This document shows positions 17,367-27,320 of a stretch of DNA of 51,553 nucleotides, piece by piece. Below the pieces are notes generated by a model. It did not search any database, had not been told where the DNA came from, and was given only the letters and a program-made list of their open reading frames with translations. Source of the stretch: Gemmatimonadota bacterium (lineage in GTDB: Bacteria; Gemmatimonadota; Gemmatimonadetes; Gemmatimonadales; GWC2-71-9). The stretch covers positions 1 to 51,553 of the forward strand of contig JBKPDZ010000132.1 in the NCBI GenBank assembly GCA_046728135.1. Reading direction: 5' to 3'. Position 1 is the stretch's first letter, and each line of letters starts with the position of its first letter. A program made the position numbers and the translations under genes.

Positions 17367-18385
17367 CGGTCCGGGAAGCCACGCTGATCCCCGGTGACGG
17401 CATCGGACCCGAGATCACCGCGGCGACACTGGAGGTGCTCGACGCCCTCGGCGTCAAGTTCGAGTGGGACGAGGAATACGGCGGCATGGCGGCCGTCGAG
17501 AAAGCCGGCACGCCGCTGCCCAACGCGACCCTCGACTCTATCCGCCGCACGCGACTGTGCCTCAAGGGCCCGCTCACGACTCCGGTGGGCGGCGGCTACC
17601 GGTCGGTCAATGTCGCGATGCGGCAGGAATTCGACCTGTACGCCAACGTGCGACCGACCAAGACGATCGTGCCGGGGGGCCGCTACGAACACGTCGACCT
17701 CGTCATCATCCGGGAGAACACCGAAGGCTTGTACGTCGGGCTCGATCATACTTTCAAGGTCGGTGCCGACCGGCGGGCGATGGCGCAGGCGATGTCGATC
17801 GTTACGCGCGAAGGGAGCGAGCGCATCGCGAATTACGCATTCGAGTATGCCAAGCGCCACGGCCGGAAAAAGGTGACGATCGTCCACAAGGCCAACATCC
17901 TGAAAGCGACGTCGGGTCTCTTTCTCGAGGTCGCCAAGCGCGTCGCCGAGCAGTATGCGGGCGTGATCGCCTGTGACGACAAGATCGTGGACAACACCGC
18001 GATGCAGCTCGTGCTCAAGCCCGAGCAGTTCGATGTCATCGTGACGACGAACCTGTTCGGCGACATCTTGTCCGACGAGGCGGCAGGACTGGTCGGCGGG
18101 CTGGGGCTCGCACCCGGCGCCAATATCGGGACGCATGCGGCCATCTTTGAGCCGGTGCACGGCTCCGCGCCCGACATCGCGGGGAAGGGGATCGCCAATC
18201 CATCGGCCCAGATGCTCGCGGCCGCTATGATGCTCGATCATCTTGAGGAGCTCGAGGCCGCCAAGCGGCTGCGCTGCGCGCTCGAAGCGACGATTGTCCA
18301 GGACAAGATCCGGACGCCGGATTTGGGGGGACGTGCTGCTACGGCCGAGTTCGCCCGCGCCGTGGTTAAGCGGGTTAGGGCCTAA
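17363..18385 (+). CDS. NAD-dependent isocitrate dehydrogenase (isocitrate/isopropylmalate dehydrogenase family)
   Basis: GDGIGPEI, RSVNVAMR, RENTEG, NLFGDILSD and HGSAPDIAG (NAD-type) motifs. Confidence 0.9.
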   Translation: MTVREATLIPGDGIGPEITAATLEVLDALGVKFEWDEEYGGMAAVEKAGTPLPNATLDSIRRTRLCLKGPLTTPVGGGYRSVNVAMRQEFDLYANVRPTKTIVPGGRYEHVDLVIIRENTEGLYVGLDHTFKVGADRRAMAQAMSIVTREGSERIANYAFEYAKRHGRKKVTIVHKANILKATSGLFLEVAKRVAEQYAGVIACDDKIVDNTAMQLVLKPEQFDVIVTTNLFGDILSDEAAGLVGGLGLAPGANIGTHAAIFEPVHGSAPDIAGKGIANPSAQMLAAAMMLDHLEELEAAKRLRCALEATIVQDKIRTPDLGGRAATAEFARAVVKRVRA

Positions 18386-18650
18386 GCATCCGTGCGCGAA
18401 ATGCGGCACGGATACGCCGGGCATCGCCATCGGGGGCCTGTGCCCGAGCTGCACGCGGCTGCTCGAGCGGCGGGCGAGCAAAATCGCCCGGCTGGCGGCC
18501 ATCGGCACGACCGTGCCGTTGGCGGTGTATGTGGCCCTGTCACTGCCCGTGGAGCGGACCGCGCGGCTGGTGGGCGCGGCGAGTGTGCTCCTGTGGTACG
18601 TGTTGACGTTTCTCATAGCAAAACGCGTAACACTGGAGTGGATAAAATGA
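18333..18650 (+). CDS. Small zinc-ribbon protein with two TM helices. Start uncertain, overlaps the 3' end of the IDH gene
   Basis: CAKC...CPSC followed by two hydrophobic helices. Fills the gap between IDH and DUF4139, and its stop overlaps the next ATG. Confidence 0.65.
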   Translation: MLLRPSSPAPWLSGLGPKHPCAKCGTDTPGIAIGGLCPSCTRLLERRASKIARLAAIGTTVPLAVYVALSLPVERTARLVGAASVLLWYVLTFLIAKRVTLEWIK

Positions 18651-20044
18651 CAATGTCGAATGTCCACTGTTCAATGTCCAAGTGGTGCGCATTGGTGGCT
18701 GCGCTCCTCACGCTTCCCGTCGCCGCTCCCGGACAGACATCGCTTTCCATCTATCGAGACGGCCGAGTCGTGGTGCGGCGCGCGCTCCCGCAGGCGCTGC
18801 AGCAGGGCCGAAACAATCTCACTTTGAAGCTGGAGGGCCTCGATCCCGCCACGCTCTTCTCGCCCGACACAGCGGTCTCTGTCCTTTCCGCAACCGTGCG
18901 CCCTGCCAGCACGGGTGAGGACGCGCTTCGCCGGGCAGTCGGGCAAACGCTCTCGTTCGTGCGCGCCAAGGGCGACACGGTGCGCGCGACCGTGCTGAGC
19001 GTGAACCCTCCCCAGTACCGCCTGCCTGACGGCCGGCTCCTGCTCGAGTCCCCCGGTGAGCCCCTCTTTCCGTCCGAGCTCGTGCGCGTCGGCGAAGAGG
19101 CGAGCGTGGTCCTGGAGGCCACCCGTGGGCGGCCGCGGACGGAGCTCGCATATGTTGCAGAGGGAGCGACGTGGCGCGCGACCTACCAGGTCTTGCTGGG
19201 GCAAGACCGCGCCGCCGTGGCGGGCGTCGCCACGGTGACGTCGCAAGTCCAGGTCGACAGCGCCGAGGTGCAGGTCGTAGCTGGGGCAATCCGGGCGGCG
19301 CGTATCCGCGCCGAGAGGGGCCAGTTTGCCATGCCCGCCGCACAGGCGATGGTCCGGGCGGCGGCCGAGGAGCCTCAAGAAGAGGCGGTCGGGGAGGCGC
19401 ATGTGTACACGCTGCCCGGCCGCTTGACCCTGGAGCGCGGCGTGCCGGTCGCCACGGCACTCTTCCCGCGCACCCCAACGACGTTCACGCGTGAGTTTAT
19501 CGCGCGCGGCGCGTTTCCCTTGCAAGGGTTCTACGGGCCCGGTCCCACCGGGCCGACCACCGTGGCGGTCCAGGTGTGGTACACGCTGAAGCGGCCAGCC
19601 CGATCGCCCTTTGGTGACCGGCCACTGCCTGGCGGTGACGTGCAGGTCTACGAGCGAGACTCGACCGGCCACCCCCAGCTTCTGGGCGAGACGACGATCG
19701 ATCACACGCCGGCCGGCGCCGACGTGCGGCTCTATACGGGCGACGCGTTCGACGTGACGAGCGAGTGGTTGCAGACCGACTGGCGGACCGAACCGCTGCA
19801 GCGTCAGCCCATCTCGGGAGCCGTCGGTCCCCAAAAGATTACTGCGTCGTATCGGGTCACGGTCCGCAACGCGAAGAGCGATGCCGTGAGCGTGGACGTG
19901 ATCGAGCGCCATCAGGGGGAGTGGAAGGTGACCGAGAGCAGCATGCCGTCGGAACGCCTCTCAGCTGGCGAAGTGCGCTTTCGGGTTCCCGTCCCCGCCG
20001 GCGGGAGTGTACAGCTGACCTACACGATCGAAGCGAAGTCATGA
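18647..20044 (+). CDS. DUF4139/DUF4140-like secreted protein
   Basis: Signal peptide, then SLSIY, LAYVAEGATWRATY, PLPGGDVQVY, IDHTP and YRVTVRNAK. Confidence 0.8.
   Translation: MTMSNVHCSMSKWCALVAALLTLPVAAPGQTSLSIYRDGRVVVRRALPQALQQGRNNLTLKLEGLDPATLFSPDTAVSVLSATVRPASTGEDALRRAVGQTLSFVRAKGDTVRATVLSVNPPQYRLPDGRLLLESPGEPLFPSELVRVGEEASVVLEATRGRPRTELAYVAEGATWRATYQVLLGQDRAAVAGVATVTSQVQVDSAEVQVVAGAIRAARIRAERGQFAMPAAQAMVRAAAEEPQEEAVGEAHVYTLPGRLTLERGVPVATALFPRTPTTFTREFIARGAFPLQGFYGPGPTGPTTVAVQVWYTLKRPARSPFGDRPLPGGDVQVYERDSTGHPQLLGETTIDHTPAGADVRLYTGDAFDVTSEWLQTDWRTEPLQRQPISGAVGPQKITASYRVTVRNAKSDAVSVDVIERHQGEWKVTESSMPSERLSAGEVRFRVPVPAGGSVQLTYTIEAKS
18651..18678. repeat. Four tandem heptamers (CAATGTC) at the start of the DUF4139 signal peptide
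   Basis: CAATGTC GAATGTC CACTGTT CAATGTC, encoding MSNVHCSMS. Confidence 0.65.
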
Positions 20045-20904
20045 CGGTTCAGATCGCGCACATCGGCGACCTGCACTTCGGCGGCCTCGCCGACATTCCG
20101 GTCGTCGAAGCGCTGGAGCGGATGCTGCCCGATCTCCGTCCCGACGCGATCGTGATCGGCGGCGATCTGTCGCAGCGCGCGCGCCACGGCGAGTTGCAGC
20201 GCGGCCGCGCCTTCGCCAACATCGCGCGCGAGACGGCGCCGGTGCTCGTGATTCCGGGGAATCACGACGTGCAATGGTGGCGCCGGCCGCTGATCCCGTT
20301 CGGCAAAGACGCCATCTACCAGAAATACGGGAGCTATTTCGGCGCCGACCTGACGCCGACGCTGACGATTCCGGGCGGCGCGGTGATCGCATCGGCGCTG
20401 ACGGCGCATGGCGTCGCGTGGGGGTCGCTCACGGCGCGGCTGCGCGATATCGCGGTGAAGGGTCATTTGCCCAAGCGCGAAATGCAGCGCGTGCAGGAGA
20501 CCTTCGCGAAGGCGGAGCCGGGGCTACCGCGCGTGCTCGTCATCCATCACAATCTCTTGCGCGGCAATCTCTCCAAGCGCATGGGACTGGCACGCTGGAG
20601 CCGCGCGCAGCGCCGCATCGTCGAGGCCGGCACCGACGTCGTGCTGTGCGGGCACGACCATGAGGAAGGTGCCGAGCTGCTCGATGGCCGTGTCACCGTG
20701 TCGACCGCCGGTACGCTGTCGACGCGCGCGCGCGGCGGGCGACCAGTGTCATTCAACTTCGTCACGATCGATCCAACAGCTGTGCAAGTCACGTTTTTCA
20801 GGTGGGACGCGGCGAAGCGACGATTCCAACCTTCAGATACGGCGGCGTTTGCCCGGCGCGCGTCTTCGAAAGCGCCTAGTCTCGAGCCACAAGCCGCGCA
20901 GTAG
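20041..20904 (+). CDS. Calcineurin-like metallophosphoesterase (CpdA-like)
   Basis: GDLHFG, GGDLSQ, PGNHD, HHN and GHDH motifs. ATGA overlap. Confidence 0.88.
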   Translation: MTVQIAHIGDLHFGGLADIPVVEALERMLPDLRPDAIVIGGDLSQRARHGELQRGRAFANIARETAPVLVIPGNHDVQWWRRPLIPFGKDAIYQKYGSYFGADLTPTLTIPGGAVIASALTAHGVAWGSLTARLRDIAVKGHLPKREMQRVQETFAKAEPGLPRVLVIHHNLLRGNLSKRMGLARWSRAQRRIVEAGTDVVLCGHDHEEGAELLDGRVTVSTAGTLSTRARGGRPVSFNFVTIDPTAVQVTFFRWDAAKRRFQPSDTAAFARRASSKAPSLEPQAAQ

Positions 20905-20957
20905 AGTGTAGCTTGCTGCTTCGCCGTCTCCGCAACTTTTCTAGGAGCTCGTGACTG

Positions 20958-22145
20958 ATGGCTGCGAAGTTCCAGGGAGTGGATTTCTATCAGACCGAGG
21001 GATTATTGAGTGAGGAAGAGCGCGCCATCCGCGATACGGTGCGCGAATGGGTGGACGACAACGTCATTCCCGTGATCGGCGAAGCCTACGTGGCGGGCAA
21101 GTTCCCCAAACAGCTGGTCCCCGGCATGGCGGAGCTCGGCCTCTTCGGCGCGAACCTGCCCGAAGAATACGGCTGCGCCGGCCTCAACAACGTCGCCTAC
21201 GGGCTCATCATGCAGGAACTCGAGCGCGGCGACTCGGGCGTCCGCTCGTTCGCCTCGGTGCAAGGCGCGCTCGTGATGTATCCGATCTACACCTTCGGCA
21301 CCGAAGAACAAAAGAAGCAGTGGCTGCCGCAGATGGCGAGCGGCAAAGTCATCGGCTGCTTTGGCCTGACGGAGCCGGACTACGGATCCAATCCGGCCGG
21401 CATGATCACCGTGGCCAAGGACACGAAGGACGGCTGGGTCTTGAATGGCGCCAAGATGTGGATCACGAACGGGTCGACGGCGCACGTCTCGATCGTGTGG
21501 GCCAAGACCGGCGGGCTCGATCAGCCCGACTCGATTCGCGGCTTCATCGTCCCCACCGACACCAAGGGGTTTTCCGCCAAAGATCAAAAGGGCAAGCTCT
21601 CGTTGCGCGCCAGCGATACGAGCGAGCTGGTGCTGCAGGATGTCCATCTGCCCAAGGACGCCCTCCTGCCCAAGTCTGGTGGCCTCAAGTCGCCGCTGCT
21701 GTGCCTCACCGCTGCGCGGTACGGCATCGCCTGGGGTGCCGTCGGAGCGGCCATGGCGTGCTATGACGAGGCCGTGAGCTATGCCAAGCAGCGGGTGATG
21801 TTCGGCAAGCCGATCGGCGGGTTCCAGCTGCAACAAGCGCGGCTGGCGGACATGCTAACGGAAATCACGAAGGCCCAGCTGCTCTGCGTCCAGTTGGGTC
21901 GGTTAAAGGATGCAGGTAAATCCACGCCGCAGCAGGTGTCGCTGGCCAAGCGCAACAACGTGAGCATGGCGACCGAGGTGGCGCGCGAAACACGTCGCCT
22001 CCTCGGGGCGAACGGCATTCTCGCCGAATACCAGGCCATGCGTCATCTCGCCAATCTCGAATCGGTGTACACCTACGAAGGGACGCACGACGTCCATACC
22101 CTCATCCTGGGGCAGGAGATTACGGGGCTGAGCGCCTTCAACTAA
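20958..22145 (+). CDS. gcdH: Acyl-CoA dehydrogenase, glutaryl-CoA dehydrogenase-like
   Basis: ELERGDSG, GCFGLTEPDYGS, KMWITNG and YTYEGTHDVHTLILG motifs. AGGAG RBS. Confidence 0.85.
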   Translation: MAAKFQGVDFYQTEGLLSEEERAIRDTVREWVDDNVIPVIGEAYVAGKFPKQLVPGMAELGLFGANLPEEYGCAGLNNVAYGLIMQELERGDSGVRSFASVQGALVMYPIYTFGTEEQKKQWLPQMASGKVIGCFGLTEPDYGSNPAGMITVAKDTKDGWVLNGAKMWITNGSTAHVSIVWAKTGGLDQPDSIRGFIVPTDTKGFSAKDQKGKLSLRASDTSELVLQDVHLPKDALLPKSGGLKSPLLCLTAARYGIAWGAVGAAMACYDEAVSYAKQRVMFGKPIGGFQLQQARLADMLTEITKAQLLCVQLGRLKDAGKSTPQQVSLAKRNNVSMATEVARETRRLLGANGILAEYQAMRHLANLESVYTYEGTHDVHTLILGQEITGLSAFN

Positions 22146-22171
22146 GAAACCGTTGCCGGACGCAGCCCGTT

Positions 22172-23947
22172 ATGTCACCCATGCCATTCATGCTGCTGTT
22201 GTTGTGGGCCCAGACGCAGGGCCCCGCTCCCACGCTGGTCGATATCCATGATCTCAGGCCGCGGGAATACCGCGTCAGCGGCTTCGTGGTGCCCGTGGCG
22301 CAAGACGTCCAGATCACGGCCGTCGGCGCGGAGCCCTGGCCCGACCGGCTACGCCCGCGGGATGAGCAGCATTGGCAGGACGACGACCAGACCACGTGGC
22401 CGGCGGCCGCGTGGATTCTCGACGCGCGCACCCGCGCCGTCGTGTGGGACCTGCGCTCCGCCGACACCCGGCGCGAATCGAATGGACTGCGGCGCTTCTC
22501 CGGTCCCGTGCACCTGCCGGTCGGAACATACGAAGCGCACTACGCCTCCTATGCGGCCTCCTCCGTCTCCTTCAACGGCGATTTCAATCTCAGTTTCAGC
22601 GACATCATTCGACTCGGCCGGCGCGCAAAGTACGGCGGCCCCTACGTCGAGAACGGACTGTACCGCGAGTTCGGACTGACGATCAATGCCGGGGGCCCGG
22701 CGCGTGTCGCGTCACCGGAGGACATCGCCGCCGCGCGGGCCGTCTACACGACGTCGGCAATCGCCAGCGTCGTCCCCGAGCGCAACAGCTCGGCCAGAAA
22801 AGGCTTTGAGATTACGCGACCGACACGGGTGGAGGTCTACGCGATCGGTGAGCTGACGCTGGACGGCGAATTCGACTACGGCTGGATCATGAACGCCGCC
22901 ACCCATGAGCGCGTTTGGTCCATGACGTACGCGACAACCGATCCCGCCGGCGGGGCCGCCAAGAATCGCGTAGCGCACGAGACCATCCTGCTCAAGCCCG
23001 GCCGCTATGTCGCCTACTTCGTCTGCGACGACACCCACAGTCCCGACGACTGGAACAACGTGCCCGCGACCGACCCTGCGTTCTGGGGTCTCACGCTCCG
23101 CGTCACCGATCCCGCAGCCCGCGCCACGGTCAAGCCATTCGACTATGAGCCGGTCCCGCAGGGTCAGACCATCGTCTCGCTCATCGGCATCCACGACGAC
23201 GAGATGCGCTCCGCGGGCTTCACGTTGAAGCGGCCCCTGGACCTCCACATCTACGCACTCGGCGAAGGCTTCAAGGATCGTATGGCGGATTACGCCTGGA
23301 TCGTGGACGCCGAGCAGCACAAGCGGGTCTGGCTGATGAATTATCAGAACACGTCGCATGCGGGCGGTGCGGAAAAGAACCGGCTGTTCGACAGCACGGT
23401 GCATTTCGCGGCGGGCAGCTATCTCGTCTACTACCGCAGCGACGGCTCGCACTCCTACAATGACTGGAATGGCGCGCCACCTGCCGAAGCGCGCTACTGG
23501 GGCGTCAGCGTCTTCCCGGCCAGCGGCCGGCTGAATCCCACGGATGTGGCGCCATTCCAGCGTTCGGGTCGTGGCGACACCCCGCCGCTGGCGCAGCTCA
23601 ATCACATGGGAAACGATCAAGACGCTCGCACGACGTTTGCGTTGACCGGGGAGACGCGGCTGCGCGTGCTTGCGGTCGGCGAAGGTCGCGATGCGGAGAT
23701 GTACGACTACGGATGGATCGAAGACGCCAGCGGCCGCACGGTGTGGGAGATGAAGTACGAGGAGACCGAGCCCGCGGGCGGCGCCGACAAGAATCGCGCG
23801 TACGATGGCGTGATCACGCTTCCTGCCGGCTCGTATGTCCTGCGCTTCCGGTCCGACGGATCGCACTCGTACAACAACTGGAACGACAACCCACCTGACG
23901 ATCCCGAAAGTTGGGGCATCGCCGTGTTCCGAATGGCGAGGCGCTAG
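22172..23947 (+). CDS. Secreted hypothetical protein with four internal repeat domains
   Basis: Short signal peptide. The pattern DY(G/A)WI...VW.M...AGGA.KNR...G.Y....D.(S/T)HS...WN..P...WG occurs three times, plus one degenerate copy. Confidence 0.8.
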   Translation: MSPMPFMLLLLWAQTQGPAPTLVDIHDLRPREYRVSGFVVPVAQDVQITAVGAEPWPDRLRPRDEQHWQDDDQTTWPAAAWILDARTRAVVWDLRSADTRRESNGLRRFSGPVHLPVGTYEAHYASYAASSVSFNGDFNLSFSDIIRLGRRAKYGGPYVENGLYREFGLTINAGGPARVASPEDIAAARAVYTTSAIASVVPERNSSARKGFEITRPTRVEVYAIGELTLDGEFDYGWIMNAATHERVWSMTYATTDPAGGAAKNRVAHETILLKPGRYVAYFVCDDTHSPDDWNNVPATDPAFWGLTLRVTDPAARATVKPFDYEPVPQGQTIVSLIGIHDDEMRSAGFTLKRPLDLHIYALGEGFKDRMADYAWIVDAEQHKRVWLMNYQNTSHAGGAEKNRLFDSTVHFAAGSYLVYYRSDGSHSYNDWNGAPPAEARYWGVSVFPASGRLNPTDVAPFQRSGRGDTPPLAQLNHMGNDQDARTTFALTGETRLRVLAVGEGRDAEMYDYGWIEDASGRTVWEMKYEETEPAGGADKNRAYDGVITLPAGSYVLRFRSDGSHSYNNWNDNPPDDPESWGIAVFRMARR

Positions 23948-23964
23948 CGTAGCTTTCGGTCCTC

Positions 23965-24717
23965 ATGAAAATCGCCGTGTGCATAAAGCGCGTGCCCGAT
24001 TCGGAAACGCGCGTCAAAATCGCGGCCGACGGCTTGAGCCTCGACGAAGCGGGTGTGAAGTTTGTCCTGAACCCCTACGACGAGTTTGCCGTCGAAGAAG
24101 CGCTGCGCCGCAAGGAGCAGGCGGGCGCCGGTGAGGTCGCGGTGTTCTGTCTCGGGCCGGCGGCAGCCCAGGAGACGATCCGTACGGCACTCGCAATGGG
24201 TGCCGATCGCGGTGTGCTGCTCTCGGCGGACAAGATCCCGGCGGATCCGTTCGAATCCGCCAAGGCGATTGCCGCGGAGCTGAGGGGCACGAGTTGGGAT
24301 CTGATTCTCTTCGGGCGCATGGCCATCGATGACTACAACCACCAGGTCGGGTCGCTTGTGGCCGAGCTGCTTGACCTGCCGTGCGTCACCGCCGTCTCGC
24401 ACCTCGAGATCGACGGTACAAAGGGCGTCGCCGAGCGCGAGATCGAAGGCGGCATCGAAGTCGTGGACTTTTCGCTTCCGGCTGTGCTCACCACGGACAA
24501 AGGACTCAACGAGCCGCGCTACCCCGCGCTCAAGGGCATCATGGCCGCGAAAAAGAAGCCGCTCGAAGTGAAACCGGTGCAGCCGGGACGCGGCACCCTG
24601 GAGATCGTCGCCCTCACGCCTCCACCCGAGCGGAAGGAAGGAAAGATTGTGGGGGAGGGAGCAGCGGCTGTCGGTGAGCTGGTGCGGCTGCTGCGCGAAG
24701 AGGCAAAGGTCCTGTGA
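23965..24717 (+). CDS. etfB: Electron transfer flavoprotein beta subunit
   Basis: CIKRVPD, NPYDEFAVEEAL, ALAMGAD and NEPRY motifs. Confidence 0.96.
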   Translation: MKIAVCIKRVPDSETRVKIAADGLSLDEAGVKFVLNPYDEFAVEEALRRKEQAGAGEVAVFCLGPAAAQETIRTALAMGADRGVLLSADKIPADPFESAKAIAAELRGTSWDLILFGRMAIDDYNHQVGSLVAELLDLPCVTAVSHLEIDGTKGVAEREIEGGIEVVDFSLPAVLTTDKGLNEPRYPALKGIMAAKKKPLEVKPVQPGRGTLEIVALTPPPERKEGKIVGEGAAAVGELVRLLREEAKVL

Positions 24718-25679
24718 CGACGCTGGCCGTGCTGGAGCAGCGTGACGGAGCGCTGCGGAAGATTTCGTTCGAGGTCGTCACCGCTGCCCAGCGCTTGGGG
24801 GAGGGCCAACCAGTCGAGGCAGTCGTCTGCAGCGCCGGTGCCGTGCGGGAATTGGAGCAGGTCGGCAAGTTCGGCGCCGACAAGATCATCACACTCACCA
24901 ATCCGGTGTTCGCCAGATACGCGCCCGAGGCCTGTGCGCAGGCCCTCGCGGAGCGTGTGAAGCAAGGTGGACATCACACGATCGTGTTCGCGGCCACCGC
25001 AACGGGAAAAGATCTCGCGCCCCGGGTCGCGGCCAAGCTCGGTGTCGGTGTGGCCGCTGATCTCACAGATCTCGCTGTTGATGGCGACGGTGTGGTGGTC
25101 ACGCGCCCTGTGTATGCGGGCAAGGCATTGCTGAAAGTGAAAGTGGCGTCGCAGCCCGCCGTGCTCTCGCTGCGTCCGAATGTGTTCACACCGGTGGAGC
25201 GCCCGAAACCCGCTGCGAGCGAAACCGTACCGGTCACCGTTCCGGCGGGTCGAGTGACGGTGCGCGAGATCAAGGCGGCGCCGGCCGGCACCCTCGACGT
25301 CGCCGAAGCGCAGGTGATCATTTCAGGCGGGCGGGGCCTCAAAGAGCCGGCCAATTTCAAAGTACTGGAAGAGCTCGCGGGCGCCTTTGGCGGCCGGGCA
25401 GCGGTGGGCGCGTCGCGCGCGGTGGTCGATGCCGGGTGGCGGGCCCACGCCGATCAAGTGGGGCAAACCGGCAAGACGGTGAGCCCGTCGCTGTACATCG
25501 CCGTCGGTATTTCCGGGGCAATCCAACATCTGGCGGGCATGCGGACGTCGAGGGTGATCGTCGCGATCAACAAGGACAAGGATGCGCCGATCTTCAAAGT
25601 CGCGGACTACGGCGTCGTAGGGGACCTGTTCGAGATCGTGCCGAAGCTCACCGAGGAGATCCGCAAGCTCCATGGCTGA
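24714..25679 (+). CDS. etfA: Electron transfer flavoprotein alpha subunit
   Basis: SGGRG and [29 protein letters not shown] motifs. Confidence 0.97.
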   Translation: MTTLAVLEQRDGALRKISFEVVTAAQRLGEGQPVEAVVCSAGAVRELEQVGKFGADKIITLTNPVFARYAPEACAQALAERVKQGGHHTIVFAATATGKDLAPRVAAKLGVGVAADLTDLAVDGDGVVVTRPVYAGKALLKVKVASQPAVLSLRPNVFTPVERPKPAASETVPVTVPAGRVTVREIKAAPAGTLDVAEAQVIISGGRGLKEPANFKVLEELAGAFGGRAAVGASRAVVDAGWRAHADQVGQTGKTVSPSLYIAVGISGAIQHLAGMRTSRVIVAINKDKDAPIFKVADYGVVGDLFEIVPKLTEEIRKLHG

Positions 25680-27318
25680 GATCGTCCCCGCCCAGTATCA
25701 ACCACCGCTTCCACTCGACAAACTGATTCTTCCCGACGGCACCGCAGGTGCCGGCGATCGCATGGAGCTTGACGTTCTCATTGTGGGTGCGGGACCGGCG
25801 GGACTCGCGTGTGCCATCGAGCTCGCCAAACTCGCCAAAGCGGACGGCGGCGAGCTACACATCGGGGTGCTCGAAAAGGCTGACGCGCTCGGCGAGCACT
25901 CGCTCTCAGGTGCGGTCGTGAACCCGCGCGCGTTCCGCGAGCTCTTCCCTGACTTGGCGGACGGGGATTTTCCATTCCGCGCCCCGGTGACGCACGAAGC
26001 GGTCTATCTGCTCACCGCAGGCGGCAAGCTTCGTCTCCCCACGCCGCCGACGATGCACAACCGCAACTTCCATATCGCGTCGTTATGTGAAATCGTGCGC
26101 TGGCTCGGCGCCAAGGCCGAAGCGCTCGGCGTCAATGTGTTCACCGGATTTCCGGCGGCACAGTTGCTCGTGCGGGACGCCGCTGTTGCCGGCGTGCGAA
26201 CGGCGGCCGCCGGTCTCGATCGCGATGGGAAGCCCGCACTCGGAGGAGGAGGTGGGGGGGGGGGCGCAGCGCCGAACGACCTCCTCGCGAAGGTCACGGC
26301 GCTCGCCGAGGGGACGCGCGGCCTGCTCGCGCAAGTGTGGTGTCAATGGCAGCGCGTCCCGTCCGACAACCCACAGATCTTCGCGCTGGGCGTGAAAGAG
26401 CTGTGGGAAACGAAGCGGCCGCTCGATCGTGTGATCCACACGCTCGGGTGGCCGCTGCCGCGCGACGCGTTCGGCGGCAGCTTCGTCTACCCGCTCGAGC
26501 CGAACCTCGTAGCGCTGGGCCTCGTGGTAGGCCTCGACTATCGCGATGCCAATCTCGACGTACACGTCCTGCTGCAGCAGTTCAAGCGGCATCCGCTGCT
26601 CCAGGAGCTCCTGGCCGGCGGCGAATTGGTCGAGTGGGGCGCAAAGACGATTCCCGAGGGCGGATTCTCCTCGCTTCCGCAGCGTCGCTGGGGTGACGGA
26701 GTCGTCCTCCTCGGTGATGCCGCTGGGTTCGTGGACGTGCCGTCGCTCAAAGGCGTGCACTACGCGATGCAATCGGGCATGTTCGCGGCGCGCGCCATCT
26801 TTCAGCACCTGAAGCACGGCGCGTCGCTCGAAGAATACGACCGGGTCGTCAACGCGTCGTACATCGCGACCGACCTCTATCGCACGCGCAACATGCGGCT
26901 CGCGTTCCGGAGCGGATTTTATCTGGGCGGATTCCAGGCTGTGTTGATGACGCTGACGGGTGGGCGATTCCCGGGTGGGCGGTACCGCATGCACGCCGAC
27001 GCCGAGGTCCCGCGCCGTACCGTCACGGGGCTGGGCGCACGCGCTCTCTCCAACGGCATCAGCAAGGTGGACGCGGTGTTCAAGTCGGGGAATGCGACCC
27101 GCGACACGATTCCCAGCCACCTGATTGCGCAGCCGGACGTGCCCGCCGAGGTGGCCCGGTTCTATGCGCACGTCTGCCCCGCCGGCGTCTATGAGGCGAC
27201 CGAAACCGGGCTACGCGTCAATCCGCCGAATTGTGTGGATTGTAAGGCCACCGACGTGCTGGGACCGCGCTGGACCCCGCGCGAGGGAGGTAGCGGGCCG
27301 AAGTACAAACGGATGTAG
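25672..27318 (+). CDS. ETF-ubiquinone oxidoreductase
   Basis: GAGPAG FAD motif, LGVKELWE, IPEGG and C-terminal CPAGVY...NCVDCK. Confidence 0.93.
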   Translation: MAEIVPAQYQPPLPLDKLILPDGTAGAGDRMELDVLIVGAGPAGLACAIELAKLAKADGGELHIGVLEKADALGEHSLSGAVVNPRAFRELFPDLADGDFPFRAPVTHEAVYLLTAGGKLRLPTPPTMHNRNFHIASLCEIVRWLGAKAEALGVNVFTGFPAAQLLVRDAAVAGVRTAAAGLDRDGKPALGGGGGGGGAAPNDLLAKVTALAEGTRGLLAQVWCQWQRVPSDNPQIFALGVKELWETKRPLDRVIHTLGWPLPRDAFGGSFVYPLEPNLVALGLVVGLDYRDANLDVHVLLQQFKRHPLLQELLAGGELVEWGAKTIPEGGFSSLPQRRWGDGVVLLGDAAGFVDVPSLKGVHYAMQSGMFAARAIFQHLKHGASLEEYDRVVNASYIATDLYRTRNMRLAFRSGFYLGGFQAVLMTLTGGRFPGGRYRMHADAEVPRRTVTGLGARALSNGISKVDAVFKSGNATRDTIPSHLIAQPDVPAEVARFYAHVCPAGVYEATETGLRVNPPNCVDCKATDVLGPRWTPREGGSGPKYKRM

Positions 27319-27320
27319 CG

